A stretch of 64,000 nt of DNA from Rhodothermales bacterium (lineage in GTDB: Bacteria; Bacteroidota; Rhodothermia; Rhodothermales; VXPQ01): the NCBI GenBank assembly GCA_965116435.1, contig OZ220686.1, forward strand, positions 831,456-895,455, read 5' to 3'. Below are positions 46,460 through 54,794 of this stretch, in pieces. Below the pieces are notes generated by a model. That model worked only from the letters and a program-made list of their open reading frames with translations, searched no databases and was not told the origin of the DNA. Each line of letters opens with the position of its first letter. Within the stretch, counting starts at the first letter, position 1. The position numbers and the translations under genes are program-made.

Positions 46460-47563
46460 ATGCAACGTATCTCCCCGGTCCTGTTCCTTGCATGCATGGC
46501 GGCGGGCGTCCTCGCTCCGGGGTCGCCGGCCTTGCATTCCGCGTTCGCGCAGGAGGCCGCAGAGGCGGATCGGGAATATGTCCTCGAAGCCCACATCCTT
46601 GGATATCAAGGCGTGGGCGGCGACGTGGATGGGGTGCGCAACCCGGTGCTGCGAGCAAAGCGGGGCGAAACCGTACGGATCGTGCTGGTGAATAGGGAAG
46701 CGCTGGTGCATGATCTGGCGCTCGAAACCCTGAACATCAAATCGAAGGAGATACTGGACGTCGGCGAACGCACCGATATCGTGTTTGCCGCTGTGGAGGA
46801 CGACATCTATTACTGCACGATTCCGGGGCACCGGGCCGCCGGCATGGAAGGACGGTTTGAACTGATTCGGGAACCGGGCCAGGGCGAGAGCGACGCCGAC
46901 CCTGCCTCGGAAAACGAGGCGGCGGAACCCCCGCGCGCGCCCCTGCTGAGCGAATTGCCGCCGCTGGAAGAGATTGCCCTCCCGCCGCTGGAACGGTCGC
47001 CGCACGCGGATTTGCCGGAATCCGACGCGCAATCCGGCAGCGACTGGGCGGATTTTCTGGACGATCCCGACGAACAAATCCGGGCGCGCGCCGTGCGGCA
47101 GCTTGCAAACCACGCACAAATCCCCGAATATATCCTTCCCGCGCTGGCGCGCATGGCCCGCGAAGACTCCTCGTTGCTGGTCAGGACGTATCTTGCGGAT
47201 GCGGCGCGGCGCATCGAACCCGAGCGCCGCTGGGACATCCTCGAAGGATTGCACGGCCATGCGGCGGACCCTGCGGACACGCTGAACCCTCCTGATCCTG
47301 CTGACCCTCCAGACCCTGCGTTGCCGCTCCTCGTCTGGTACGCCACCGAGGGCGCCGTGCCCGCGGACATGGATCGGGTGCTGACGCTGGCGCTGGATTC
47401 GAAATGGCCCCATGCCGTATCCTTTACCGTGCAACGCATCGCCGCAGAGGGCTCGCGGGACGCGCTGCGCACCCTTACCGAACGCCTGCCCCAGGCAACC
47501 CCCGAACACCGAACCATCCTCCTCAACGGCATCCGCCAAATCGTCCAGCCGACTGACCCATGA
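46460..47563 (+). CDS. Cupredoxin (plastocyanin/azurin-like type-1 copper) domain fused to HEAT-like repeats
   Basis: Start at the ATG at 46460 (signal MQRISPVLFLACMAAGVLAPG). Cu-ligand pattern ...LVHDLAL... and YYCTIPGHRAAGMEG (Cys-x-x-x-His-x-x-x-x-Met). HEAT-like DPDEQIRARAVRQLANH... ARMAREDSSLLVRTYLADAARR. Confidence 0.75.
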   Translation: MQRISPVLFLACMAAGVLAPGSPALHSAFAQEAAEADREYVLEAHILGYQGVGGDVDGVRNPVLRAKRGETVRIVLVNREALVHDLALETLNIKSKEILDVGERTDIVFAAVEDDIYYCTIPGHRAAGMEGRFELIREPGQGESDADPASENEAAEPPRAPLLSELPPLEEIALPPLERSPHADLPESDAQSGSDWADFLDDPDEQIRARAVRQLANHAQIPEYILPALARMAREDSSLLVRTYLADAARRIEPERRWDILEGLHGHAADPADTLNPPDPADPPDPALPLLVWYATEGAVPADMDRVLTLALDSKWPHAVSFTVQRIAAEGSRDALRTLTERLPQATPEHRTILLNGIRQIVQPTDP

Positions 47564-48795
47564 CACATTCTCTCTTCTCTACCCGGGCGCTCTTCTGCAC
47601 CCGCACCCTGCACCTTGTTTTCGGCATGGCCTCCTTGCTCTGTACGGCAGGCGTCGCCGCCGGGCAAGCCGCCTTCGACAAAATGCACCTCGACCCTGCA
47701 TTCTATGCGGAAGGAGGCGCCATCGGAGACCTGAACGGAGACGGTGCGGCGGACCTGGTGGCGGGACCGTACTGGTACGCCGGGCCGACGTTCGAACAGC
47801 GCCATGCGTTCTACGAGCCCAAGCCGTTCAGCATCGAAGGATTCTCGTATTCGGATAATTTTGTGGTCCATACGCACGACCTCAACAACGACGGCTGGCG
47901 CGACATTCTGGTGATCGGCTTTCCGGGGCGCGAAGCGTTCTGGTACGAAAATCCTGGCGATCCGGACCGCGAGGAGACCGGATACTGGACGCGGCATCTC
48001 GCCTTCGCCCCCGTGGACAACGAATCGCCGCACATTCTGGACGTCACCGGCGACGGGCGCCCGGAGATCGTATGCCACTCGGACGGATATCTGGGCTACG
48101 CCTCATACGACCCGGAACGCCCGACCGAGCCGTGGACGTTCCGGCAAGTGGCCGGGCCGTACGAACACCTGATGCGGTTCACGCACGGATTCGGGGTAGG
48201 CGACGTAAACGGCGACGGACTGCCCGATTTGCTCATGGCGACGGGTTGGTGGGAAAATCCCGGCTTCCATGTCGATACGTCCTGGAAGCGCCACGAAGCA
48301 TCGTTCGCGCAGGGCGGCGCGCAAATGTATGCCTACGACGTGGACGGCGACGGGCTGAACGACGTGATCACAAGCCACAATGCGCACGGGTGGGGGCTGG
48401 CCTGGTTTCGGCAGTTGCCGGAGGGCGGGTTCGAGAAACGCCTTATTCTTCGGGACGATGCGGCGCGCGAATCCGGCAAGGTCCGGTTCTCCCAGTTGCA
48501 CGCCGTGGCCCTCGTGGACATGAACAACGACGGGTTGAAGGACATCGTCACCGGGAAACGATTCCGGGCGCACGGCGAAGCCATGGACCCCGAGCCCAAC
48601 GCCCCGCCGGTCCTCTACTGGTTCCAGCTTGCACGGGACGAGGACGGGCAGGTCGCCTGGATACCCCATCTCGTCGATGACGATTCGGGCGTCGGCGTCG
48701 CCCTTGCGGTGGACGACGCCAATGGAGACAATTATCCGGATATTCTGGTCGTCAACAAAAAAGGCGCGTACATTTTCCGGCAACACAGGCCATAA
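47560..48795 (+). CDS. FG-GAP/VCBS-repeat protein
   Basis: Seven DxNxDGxxD-type repeats (DLNGDGAADLV, HDLNNDGWRDILV, DVTGDGRPEIV, DVNGDGLPDLL, DVDGDGLNDVI, DMNNDGLKDIV, DANGDNYPDIL). ATGA overlap with the upstream gene. Confidence 0.8.
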   Translation: MTHSLFSTRALFCTRTLHLVFGMASLLCTAGVAAGQAAFDKMHLDPAFYAEGGAIGDLNGDGAADLVAGPYWYAGPTFEQRHAFYEPKPFSIEGFSYSDNFVVHTHDLNNDGWRDILVIGFPGREAFWYENPGDPDREETGYWTRHLAFAPVDNESPHILDVTGDGRPEIVCHSDGYLGYASYDPERPTEPWTFRQVAGPYEHLMRFTHGFGVGDVNGDGLPDLLMATGWWENPGFHVDTSWKRHEASFAQGGAQMYAYDVDGDGLNDVITSHNAHGWGLAWFRQLPEGGFEKRLILRDDAARESGKVRFSQLHAVALVDMNNDGLKDIVTGKRFRAHGEAMDPEPNAPPVLYWFQLARDEDGQVAWIPHLVDDDSGVGVALAVDDANGDNYPDILVVNKKGAYIFRQHRP

Positions 48796-48888
48796 ATCCC
48801 GCCCGCCCGCAAACGAACAACCCGTTACGGAACGCACTGCTCGTAACGCATACCCCTTGATACGCCATCGCGCCCATCCCGCATCGCC

Positions 48889-51513
48889 ATGCCTTCTGCC
48901 TTGCCCCCGACTCCCGCCCCGCTTCTTCGTGCGCTTCGCAACGCCTTGGCGGCCATCGCCGTATCGCTTGCCGTCGCGGCCGCTTCCTCGCCGTCGCTGG
49001 CGCAAGACGCCGCACAGGCGCCCGCGGTCGACGGCCGCACGCTGAACGTCGATTTCGAGACGGGCGACCTGACCGACTGGACCGCCGAGGGCGACGCCTT
49101 CGGCAACGGACCCGTCAAAGGGGATGCGTTCGCTTCGGGCGAAGCCGTCGTCGCAACCATGATTCAGGCGCTGCGGGAACGGCGCGGACAGGAACCGGCA
49201 GACTTGCACAGCGGACACGAAGGCGCCCGGTGGATCAGTTCCGGCGCAACGACCGGACCGGCCAGCCAGGGCACGCTGACCTCTGCGCCCTTCGAGGCGA
49301 CGCACCCGTACGCAAGTTTTCTGATTTCGGGCGGCGCGCTGGAGAGCACCCGGGCGGAACTGGTCCGGGCGCGAGACGGCGCCGTTATTTTTTCGACGAG
49401 CGGGGACAACGACCTTGCCCTGCGGCCTGTCGTGGCGGACCTGCAGGAGCATGTGGGCGAAACCATCTTCATACGCCTCGTGGACGAGGACGCCGGCGGC
49501 TCCACGGCAGCCTACATCCCGGAAAATGCGTACGCACACATCAACTTCGACCATTTTCGCCTGCACGCCGAGCGGCCTTCGTTCCCGAACGAACTGGACC
49601 CTTCCGGCATAGCGAGGCTGCCGGCCTGGGACCCTGTGTTACTGGAAGGCGGAAGCGCGCAGGAAGCCGCCCAGACCATGACCGTCCCGGACGGATTCCG
49701 CGTGCAACTGGCGGCGGCGGAACCGGACGTCGTCAATCCCATTGCGATGGCGCTGGATCACCGGGGGCGCGTGTGGGTTGCCGAAGGGCGAACCTATCCG
49801 GTGCGGGCGCCGGAAGGCGAAGGCAAGGACCGCATTCTCATTTTTGAAGATACCGACGGAGACGGGGCTTTCGACGTACGAACCGTGTTCATGGAGGGGC
49901 TGAATCTGGTGAGCGGACTGGAACTGGGATTCGGGGGCGTATGGGTCGGCGCAGCCCCGTACCTGCTGTACATCCCGATCGACGCCTCGGGAGATCGTCC
50001 CGCAGGCCCTCCAGAGGCGTTGCTGGACGGATTCGGCTACCACGACACGCACGAGACGCTGAATTCCTTCATGTGGGGGCCGGACGGGTGGCTCTACGGC
50101 GCGCACGGCGTATTTACCCATTCGAACGTGGGCAAGCCAGGCGCCGGGGACGACGAGCGCAGCCGACTGAACGCCGGCGTATGGCGCTATCACCCGACCC
50201 GGCATGTGTTCGAGGTGTTCGCCTACGGCACGAGCAATCCCTGGGGGCTGGACTGGGATGCGCACGGACAGTTGTTCCTGACCGCGTGCGTCATTCCGCA
50301 TTTGCACCACGTCATTCCCGGCGCGCGCATGATCCGGCAGGCCGGCGAACATTTCAATCCGTACGTATACGACGACCTGGACCCGATCGGCGACCATGTG
50401 CACTGGGTGGGCTCGCTTGGACCCCACGCCGGCAACCGGCGATCCGGCGCGGCGGGCGGCGGACATGCCCATGCAGGCGCCATGATATACCAGGGCGGCT
50501 CGTGGCCGGAAACGTACCATGGCCGCATTTTCATGCACAATATCCATGGATTCCGGGCCAACACGGACATTCTCGAACGCAGAGGCTCCGGATACGTGGG
50601 GCGACACGGAGAAGATTTTTTGTTGACCCACGACAGCTGGTCCCAGATGCTGGACCTCGTATACGGGCCGGACGGATCCGTGCACGTCATCGACTGGTAC
50701 GACAAGAACCAGTGTCATCACGCGAACCCGGAAAGCCACGACCACGAAACCGGGCGTATTTATCGAATTTTTCATGAAAACGACGAGTGGGCGCCCGTCG
50801 ATCTGGAGCAGCTCTCGTCCGTGGAACTGGCCGAATTGCAAATGCACCCGAACGACTGGTATGTCCGCACCGCGCGGCGCATCCTGCAGGATCGCGGGCC
50901 GGACGAGGCCGTGCACGCGGCGCTCCGCACCCTGTTCGAGGAGCGCCCGGACGAAACGCGGAAGTTGCGGGCGCTCTGGGCCCTGCACGTAACCGACGGC
51001 CTTTCGGACGCCATGCTGACCGACCTGCTCGCCCACGAAAACGAACATGTCCGGGCATGGGCCATCCATCTTCTGGCGGAAGACAAAGAGGTTCCCGAAG
51101 AGGCGGCCCAGGCATTCGCCCGAATGGCCCGGGAAGACGATGCGGCGCTGGTCCGGCTCTACCTCGCCAGTGCCCTCCAGCGTATGGCCCCCGAGCGGAG
51201 ATGGGAAACGCTTGAAGCGCTTCTGGGGCGGTCCGAAGACGCCGAAGATCAAAATATCCCGCTCATGGCATGGTATGCGCTGGAGCCGCTGGCGCTCGCG
51301 GACATGGGCCGGGCCATGGACCTGGCGCTTTCCGCCAAACTGCCCCGCATCCTGCCCTTCACCGTCAGCCGCATTGCGGCTACAGGCAGCGAAGAAGCGC
51401 TCGCCTTGCTGTCGGAATACCTTGGCTCCCTGGAGAATGCGGACCAGCAAGCCGTGATTCTCGAAGGGATCGACGCCTGGACAGAACAGGCGGCGGGCGA
51501 ACAGGACCGCTGA
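48889..51513 (+). CDS. PVC-type membrane-bound-dehydrogenase-domain / HEAT-repeat protein (no heme domain)
   Basis: DGFRVQLAAAEPDVVNPIAMALDHRGRVWVAEGRTYP...ILIFEDTDGDGAFD is paralogous to the N-terminal domain of 30786-34091. C-terminal HEAT-like repeats are present and there is no CxxCH. Confidence 0.8.
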   Translation: MPSALPPTPAPLLRALRNALAAIAVSLAVAAASSPSLAQDAAQAPAVDGRTLNVDFETGDLTDWTAEGDAFGNGPVKGDAFASGEAVVATMIQALRERRGQEPADLHSGHEGARWISSGATTGPASQGTLTSAPFEATHPYASFLISGGALESTRAELVRARDGAVIFSTSGDNDLALRPVVADLQEHVGETIFIRLVDEDAGGSTAAYIPENAYAHINFDHFRLHAERPSFPNELDPSGIARLPAWDPVLLEGGSAQEAAQTMTVPDGFRVQLAAAEPDVVNPIAMALDHRGRVWVAEGRTYPVRAPEGEGKDRILIFEDTDGDGAFDVRTVFMEGLNLVSGLELGFGGVWVGAAPYLLYIPIDASGDRPAGPPEALLDGFGYHDTHETLNSFMWGPDGWLYGAHGVFTHSNVGKPGAGDDERSRLNAGVWRYHPTRHVFEVFAYGTSNPWGLDWDAHGQLFLTACVIPHLHHVIPGARMIRQAGEHFNPYVYDDLDPIGDHVHWVGSLGPHAGNRRSGAAGGGHAHAGAMIYQGGSWPETYHGRIFMHNIHGFRANTDILERRGSGYVGRHGEDFLLTHDSWSQMLDLVYGPDGSVHVIDWYDKNQCHHANPESHDHETGRIYRIFHENDEWAPVDLEQLSSVELAELQMHPNDWYVRTARRILQDRGPDEAVHAALRTLFEERPDETRKLRALWALHVTDGLSDAMLTDLLAHENEHVRAWAIHLLAEDKEVPEEAAQAFARMAREDDAALVRLYLASALQRMAPERRWETLEALLGRSEDAEDQNIPLMAWYALEPLALADMGRAMDLALSAKLPRILPFTVSRIAATGSEEALALLSEYLGSLENADQQAVILEGIDAWTEQAAGEQDR

Positions 51514-51638
51514 AACATTTCAATGGGGCCGGGGCGGCGCCATGAACGGCGTGACAGAACAAGCGGCAGGCAAACAGGACTGCTGAAACAGGGCGCAGAA
51601 TACGCGGCTTCGCTATGCCTTGCCACCGCTCCCGTTCA

Positions 51639-51676
51639 GCCCCTGATCTTTGCGGACTTAATCAGCGTGCCCTATA
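51639..51676 (+). repeat. Dispersed hairpin repeat, copy 3 (variant subfamily)
   Basis: GCCCCTGATCTTTGCGGACTTAATCAGCGTGCCCTAT is about 85-90% identical to the reverse complement of 54624-54661. It lies upstream of the PhyH-family gene. Confidence 0.7.
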
Positions 51677-51736
51677 TTTTCGAGCGGACTTCGTCCATCG
51701 CTGCTTCCCTTGCTCACCAACCTGTACGAGAAAACC

Positions 51737-52684
51737 ATGCGGGAAACCATGAAAGGCCCGGATCACGAGGGCAATCAGGCGCTTCACGGCATCCAGCTCC
51801 GGGATATTGAAAAAACGCTCCCCCTCCGGGTGCTCTCCGAAGAAGACTGGGAGCACTGGACAACCTGGGGATACGTAATCGTGCATGACGCGATTCCCCC
51901 CGACCATATCGAGCGCCTGAAGGCTTTTTTGTGGGAATTTCAGGAAATGGACCCCAACGACCCCTCCACATGGAGCGCCACGGACCGGCGAGCGCACGGG
52001 ATGGCGGAACTCAACAATGCGGGCATGGTGGAGGCGTACAACCACCAGCTCTTGTGGGATACCCGGCAAACGCAGCGGGTGTACGACGCCTATGTGGACA
52101 TCTGGGACCGCGAAGATTTATGGGTCACCATTGATCGGGCGAACCTGAACACGCCGAACCGGGACGCACGCAAGTTCGGAGGCTTCATTCACTGGGATGT
52201 GGATACGTCGCAGGATCCGCTGCCCGTCAATGTGCAGGGCGTATTGTCCCTCGTGGATACGGACGACGAGGTCGGGGGATTGCAATGCGTCCCCGAACTG
52301 TTCCGGGTCTTCGACGAGTGGGTACGGACGCAGCCTGCGGACAGGGACTCCTTCCGCCCGGACACGACCGGATTCGAGGTGCGGTTCATCCCGCTGCGGG
52401 CGGGAGACCTGATTATCTGGAACTCGCTGCAAGCGCACGGCATCCGTCCGAACACCTCGAAAGACCGGGTGCGCATGGCGCAATACGTTTCCATGTATCC
52501 GGCCAGCGAGGACAACGAGGGCCTTCGGCAGGAGCGCATCCGGTCGTGGCGCGAATGCGAGGCGCCCAAGGGCATCGCCTTTCCGGGCGACCCGCGCGAA
52601 CTCGAAAAAAAGGTGTACGGAAAAGCCGCCCTGAACAACCTCGGCAAGCGCCTGCTGGGGCTGGAGCGATGGAACGGGGCATGA
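51737..52684 (+). CDS. Phytanoyl-CoA dioxygenase (PhyH) family Fe(II)/2-oxoglutarate oxygenase
   Basis: HxD (GGFIHWDVD) and distal His (LQAHGIRPN) in PhyH-like spacing. The start is ambiguous (TTG 51710, ATG 51737 or 51749). Confidence 0.65.
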   Translation: MRETMKGPDHEGNQALHGIQLRDIEKTLPLRVLSEEDWEHWTTWGYVIVHDAIPPDHIERLKAFLWEFQEMDPNDPSTWSATDRRAHGMAELNNAGMVEAYNHQLLWDTRQTQRVYDAYVDIWDREDLWVTIDRANLNTPNRDARKFGGFIHWDVDTSQDPLPVNVQGVLSLVDTDDEVGGLQCVPELFRVFDEWVRTQPADRDSFRPDTTGFEVRFIPLRAGDLIIWNSLQAHGIRPNTSKDRVRMAQYVSMYPASEDNEGLRQERIRSWRECEAPKGIAFPGDPRELEKKVYGKAALNNLGKRLLGLERWNGA

Positions 52685-52706
52685 GGCGGATACATCCCGG
52701 GCGCCC

Positions 52707-52871
52707 ATGAAATATCTTTGCGACCCCCGACTCGTACAAAATGTACGCGGTCTGCTCGGCAGCGAATTTGGCGCTCTTATCAGCCCCCTGCGCCAGAGAA
52801 TGATCCTGCGTTGCCTGCAAAGACGCCTGGAATTGCTGTCCAACGCCCTGAAAACCGGAAATGCCCGATGA
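52707..52871 (+). CDS. Small ORF (54 aa) translationally coupled to the HipS-like gene
   Basis: I translated it by hand because it is below the 60-aa ORF-track cutoff: MKYLCDPRLVQNVRGLLGSEFGALISPLRQRMILRCLQRRLELLSNALKTGNAR. Its stop overlaps the next start in ATGA (52868-52871). I recognise no HTH. Confidence 0.3.
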   Translation: MKYLCDPRLVQNVRGLLGSEFGALISPLRQRMILRCLQRRLELLSNALKTGNAR

Positions 52872-53290
52872 TTGAGCGCCTGAAAAAAATCCTGTCGAGG
52901 GAAGGCGGCCGCGAGGACGTTCGGCCCCCAAGGGAGGAAAAAGCCGACTTCATGTTGCGGTACCGCAACATGGGCGTAGGGCGCTTGTCTCTCCGCAAAG
53001 GGACGTGGCGCTTCGAATACACGGATGACTTCCGGCGACAGACGGCGGTCCCCCCTATTGTGAACTTCCCTCGCCTCGACAAACATTACGAATCCGATAC
53101 CTTGTGGCCGTTTTTCGTAATTCGTATCCCCGGATTGAAGCAACCCGCGGTCCAGCGAGAAATCAAGGAGAAGAACCTCGACGAACGTAATGAGGCGCAA
53201 CTTCTCAAGCATTTCGGCAAAACATCCATCGCCAATCCGTTCATCCTGATCCCGGAGGAGGAACCGCCCCTCCCCGCAACCGGCTCTTAG
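52868..53290 (+). CDS. HipA N-terminal-subdomain-only (HipS-like) protein
   Basis: 140 aa from the ATG at 52868. VGRLSLRKGTWRFEYTDDF...LWPFFVIRIPGLKQ...EAQLLKHFGKTSIANPFILIPEEE matches the HipA_N/Couple_hipA pattern (VGxL..F.Y....FF.NLLP....LL...G.d..GA..l.pe). No kinase domain follows. Confidence 0.65.
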   Translation: MIERLKKILSREGGREDVRPPREEKADFMLRYRNMGVGRLSLRKGTWRFEYTDDFRRQTAVPPIVNFPRLDKHYESDTLWPFFVIRIPGLKQPAVQREIKEKNLDERNEAQLLKHFGKTSIANPFILIPEEEPPLPATGS

Positions 53291-53302
53291 TGCGGTCGGA
53301 AA

Positions 53303-53399
53303 GCGAGGCGGGCGGCGCGGCGGTATCCATTGGCGCTCCAGACCCGCCCCAGACGGCAGGGCTTGGGTTGCGCTGGCGCGGCCGGCAGAAGACGAATAG
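53303..53399 (+). pseudogene. 3'-terminal remnant of a paralog of the 54795-56663 glycosidase-like gene
   Basis: By hand alignment, about 75-80% nucleotide similarity to 56566-56663, including an identical GCGGTATCCATTGGCGCTCC 20-mer. It encodes ...GAAVSIGAP... then, after a frameshift, AWVALARPAEDE*, compared with ...GDGAVSIGAP...DWVALVRSAKGE* in the intact gene. Confidence 0.6.
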
Positions 53400-53414
53400 C
53401 GGAAAAACGCCTAC

Positions 53415-54623
53415 TCAGGCTGCGCGGGTCGGAAAAGTGGCCCCCGGGCGGGTCGAGTCAAGGCGGAAGGTCACTCTGACATGTGTCGGCTCCGCCACGA
53501 TTTCGGGTTCGGTCCCGTTGAATTCGCGCATGGCGCGGCGCATGAGAGGCCAGCCCCGTCCGCGCTGCTCCATGAACCCCGTCACGACCATAAAATGCGC
53601 CAGCGATTCGTTCCTGGATCGGGGGTGACCGCCCAGACGAACGCTTTCGACGCGCATGTGATTAGGCAAGGCGCCCGGGCTCGTTACTTCCGCGCGATCA
53701 GAAAATATCTCAAGCAGGATGGCCGACCCCGTAATCGCATAGTCCCGATGCGTTACCGCATTGACCAACGCTTCGCGCAACGCCTTGTGCGGCACGAGAT
53801 AATGATCTTTGCGGTACATGCCTTCATAGGACTCGAAACGCCCAAGGCCCTGGAGCCACCCCATCGCGCGGCGTACTTGATCGTCCAGACAACCCGTAGC
53901 ATCCGAAACCATAACCGGATCGGATGCACGATCTTCGCCTGCGTACGCAACGCATACCAGCTTGCAATTATGCGTCTGCGGATAACTCTGGGGAATTTTC
54001 CCGAAGGCGAGCACGCCATACAGCGTCGGATGCAAGGCGCCCCCAAGCGGCGCAAGCACCCCGCGGTTGCAAAGATCATCTTCTTCGGCGGGCTGGGGTT
54101 CGCCCTCGACGTCGATCTTTTGCGCCTGCAGAAACGATCGAAATTTTTGCATATCGATATGCGCCGCCGTAGCCGCCTGTATCGTCCGCTCCTCGGTTAA
54201 AATGTAGCCGAAGGCGTTATATAAATCCTGCAATTCCGACGGCGAGGGTTCGACGCTGCTCCGTTCGCGCCGCACCCACACTCGTCCATCGTACCGCAAC
54301 GGTTCAAAGCTCCGCTGCCGGGGAATTTCGATCCAGTGCACCCACCCTTGCGCCCCCTTGTGACAACCGGTTCGCGCAGAAACAGGCGCACTGCAGCCTG
54401 TATGCAGAAACGACGTCAAACGCTCCTGCACCTTGTCGGCGTCCTCCTTGACGACTGCAATTTCCCGGGTGTCGTCCACGCCAAGGATGAGTACGCCGCC
54501 CTCCGTGTTTGCGAAAGCGCATACCGCCTTGCCCACCGCCGACAAGTCGCCAAGTCCACGTTTGAATTCGGTTTGCCGGGTTTCGCTGGCCTTAATGCGT
54601 TTGAGCGTCTCGGTCCAATCCAT
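53415..54623 (-). CDS. Schlafen/AlbA_2 domain + HATPase_c_4-like putative DNA-binding protein (often mis-annotated RecG-like)
   Basis: N-terminal ETRQTEFKRGLGDLSAVGKAVCAFANTEGGVLILGVDD is the AlbA_2 signature. C-terminal LREALVNAVTHRDY...GSAILLEIFSDRAEVTSPG is the ATPase-like module, with a wHTH-like tail. Confidence 0.7.
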   Translation of the reverse strand: MDWTETLKRIKASETRQTEFKRGLGDLSAVGKAVCAFANTEGGVLILGVDDTREIAVVKEDADKVQERLTSFLHTGCSAPVSARTGCHKGAQGWVHWIEIPRQRSFEPLRYDGRVWVRRERSSVEPSPSELQDLYNAFGYILTEERTIQAATAAHIDMQKFRSFLQAQKIDVEGEPQPAEEDDLCNRGVLAPLGGALHPTLYGVLAFGKIPQSYPQTHNCKLVCVAYAGEDRASDPVMVSDATGCLDDQVRRAMGWLQGLGRFESYEGMYRKDHYLVPHKALREALVNAVTHRDYAITGSAILLEIFSDRAEVTSPGALPNHMRVESVRLGGHPRSRNESLAHFMVVTGFMEQRGRGWPLMRRAMREFNGTEPEIVAEPTHVRVTFRLDSTRPGATFPTRAA

Positions 54624-54661
54624 TTTAGGATGCTCTGATTAAGTCCGCAAAGATCGGGGGC
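54624..54661 (-). repeat. Dispersed hairpin repeat, copy 4 (variant subfamily)
   Basis: The minus strand reads GCCCCCGATCTTTGCGGACTTAATCAGAGCATCCTAAA, followed directly by the ATG of the AlbA_2 gene. Confidence 0.7.
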
Positions 54662-54794
54662 CAAAAGAGGAAAATTTTGTAAAATGGCAAGCGCAGGCTG
54701 AGAATCAGTCTCGTGTACGACCCACTTTACAGCAATGCTGGCGTCAATAATCAAGCGCTTCACCGTTCCTCCCTGCCCTCTCGCTGGAGTATAT

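Noticed and set aside
53290-53628. 112-aa ORF following the HipS-like gene
   Set aside because: Its first third is simply one reading frame of the glycosidase 3' remnant, and the rest runs antisense into the AlbA_2 gene.
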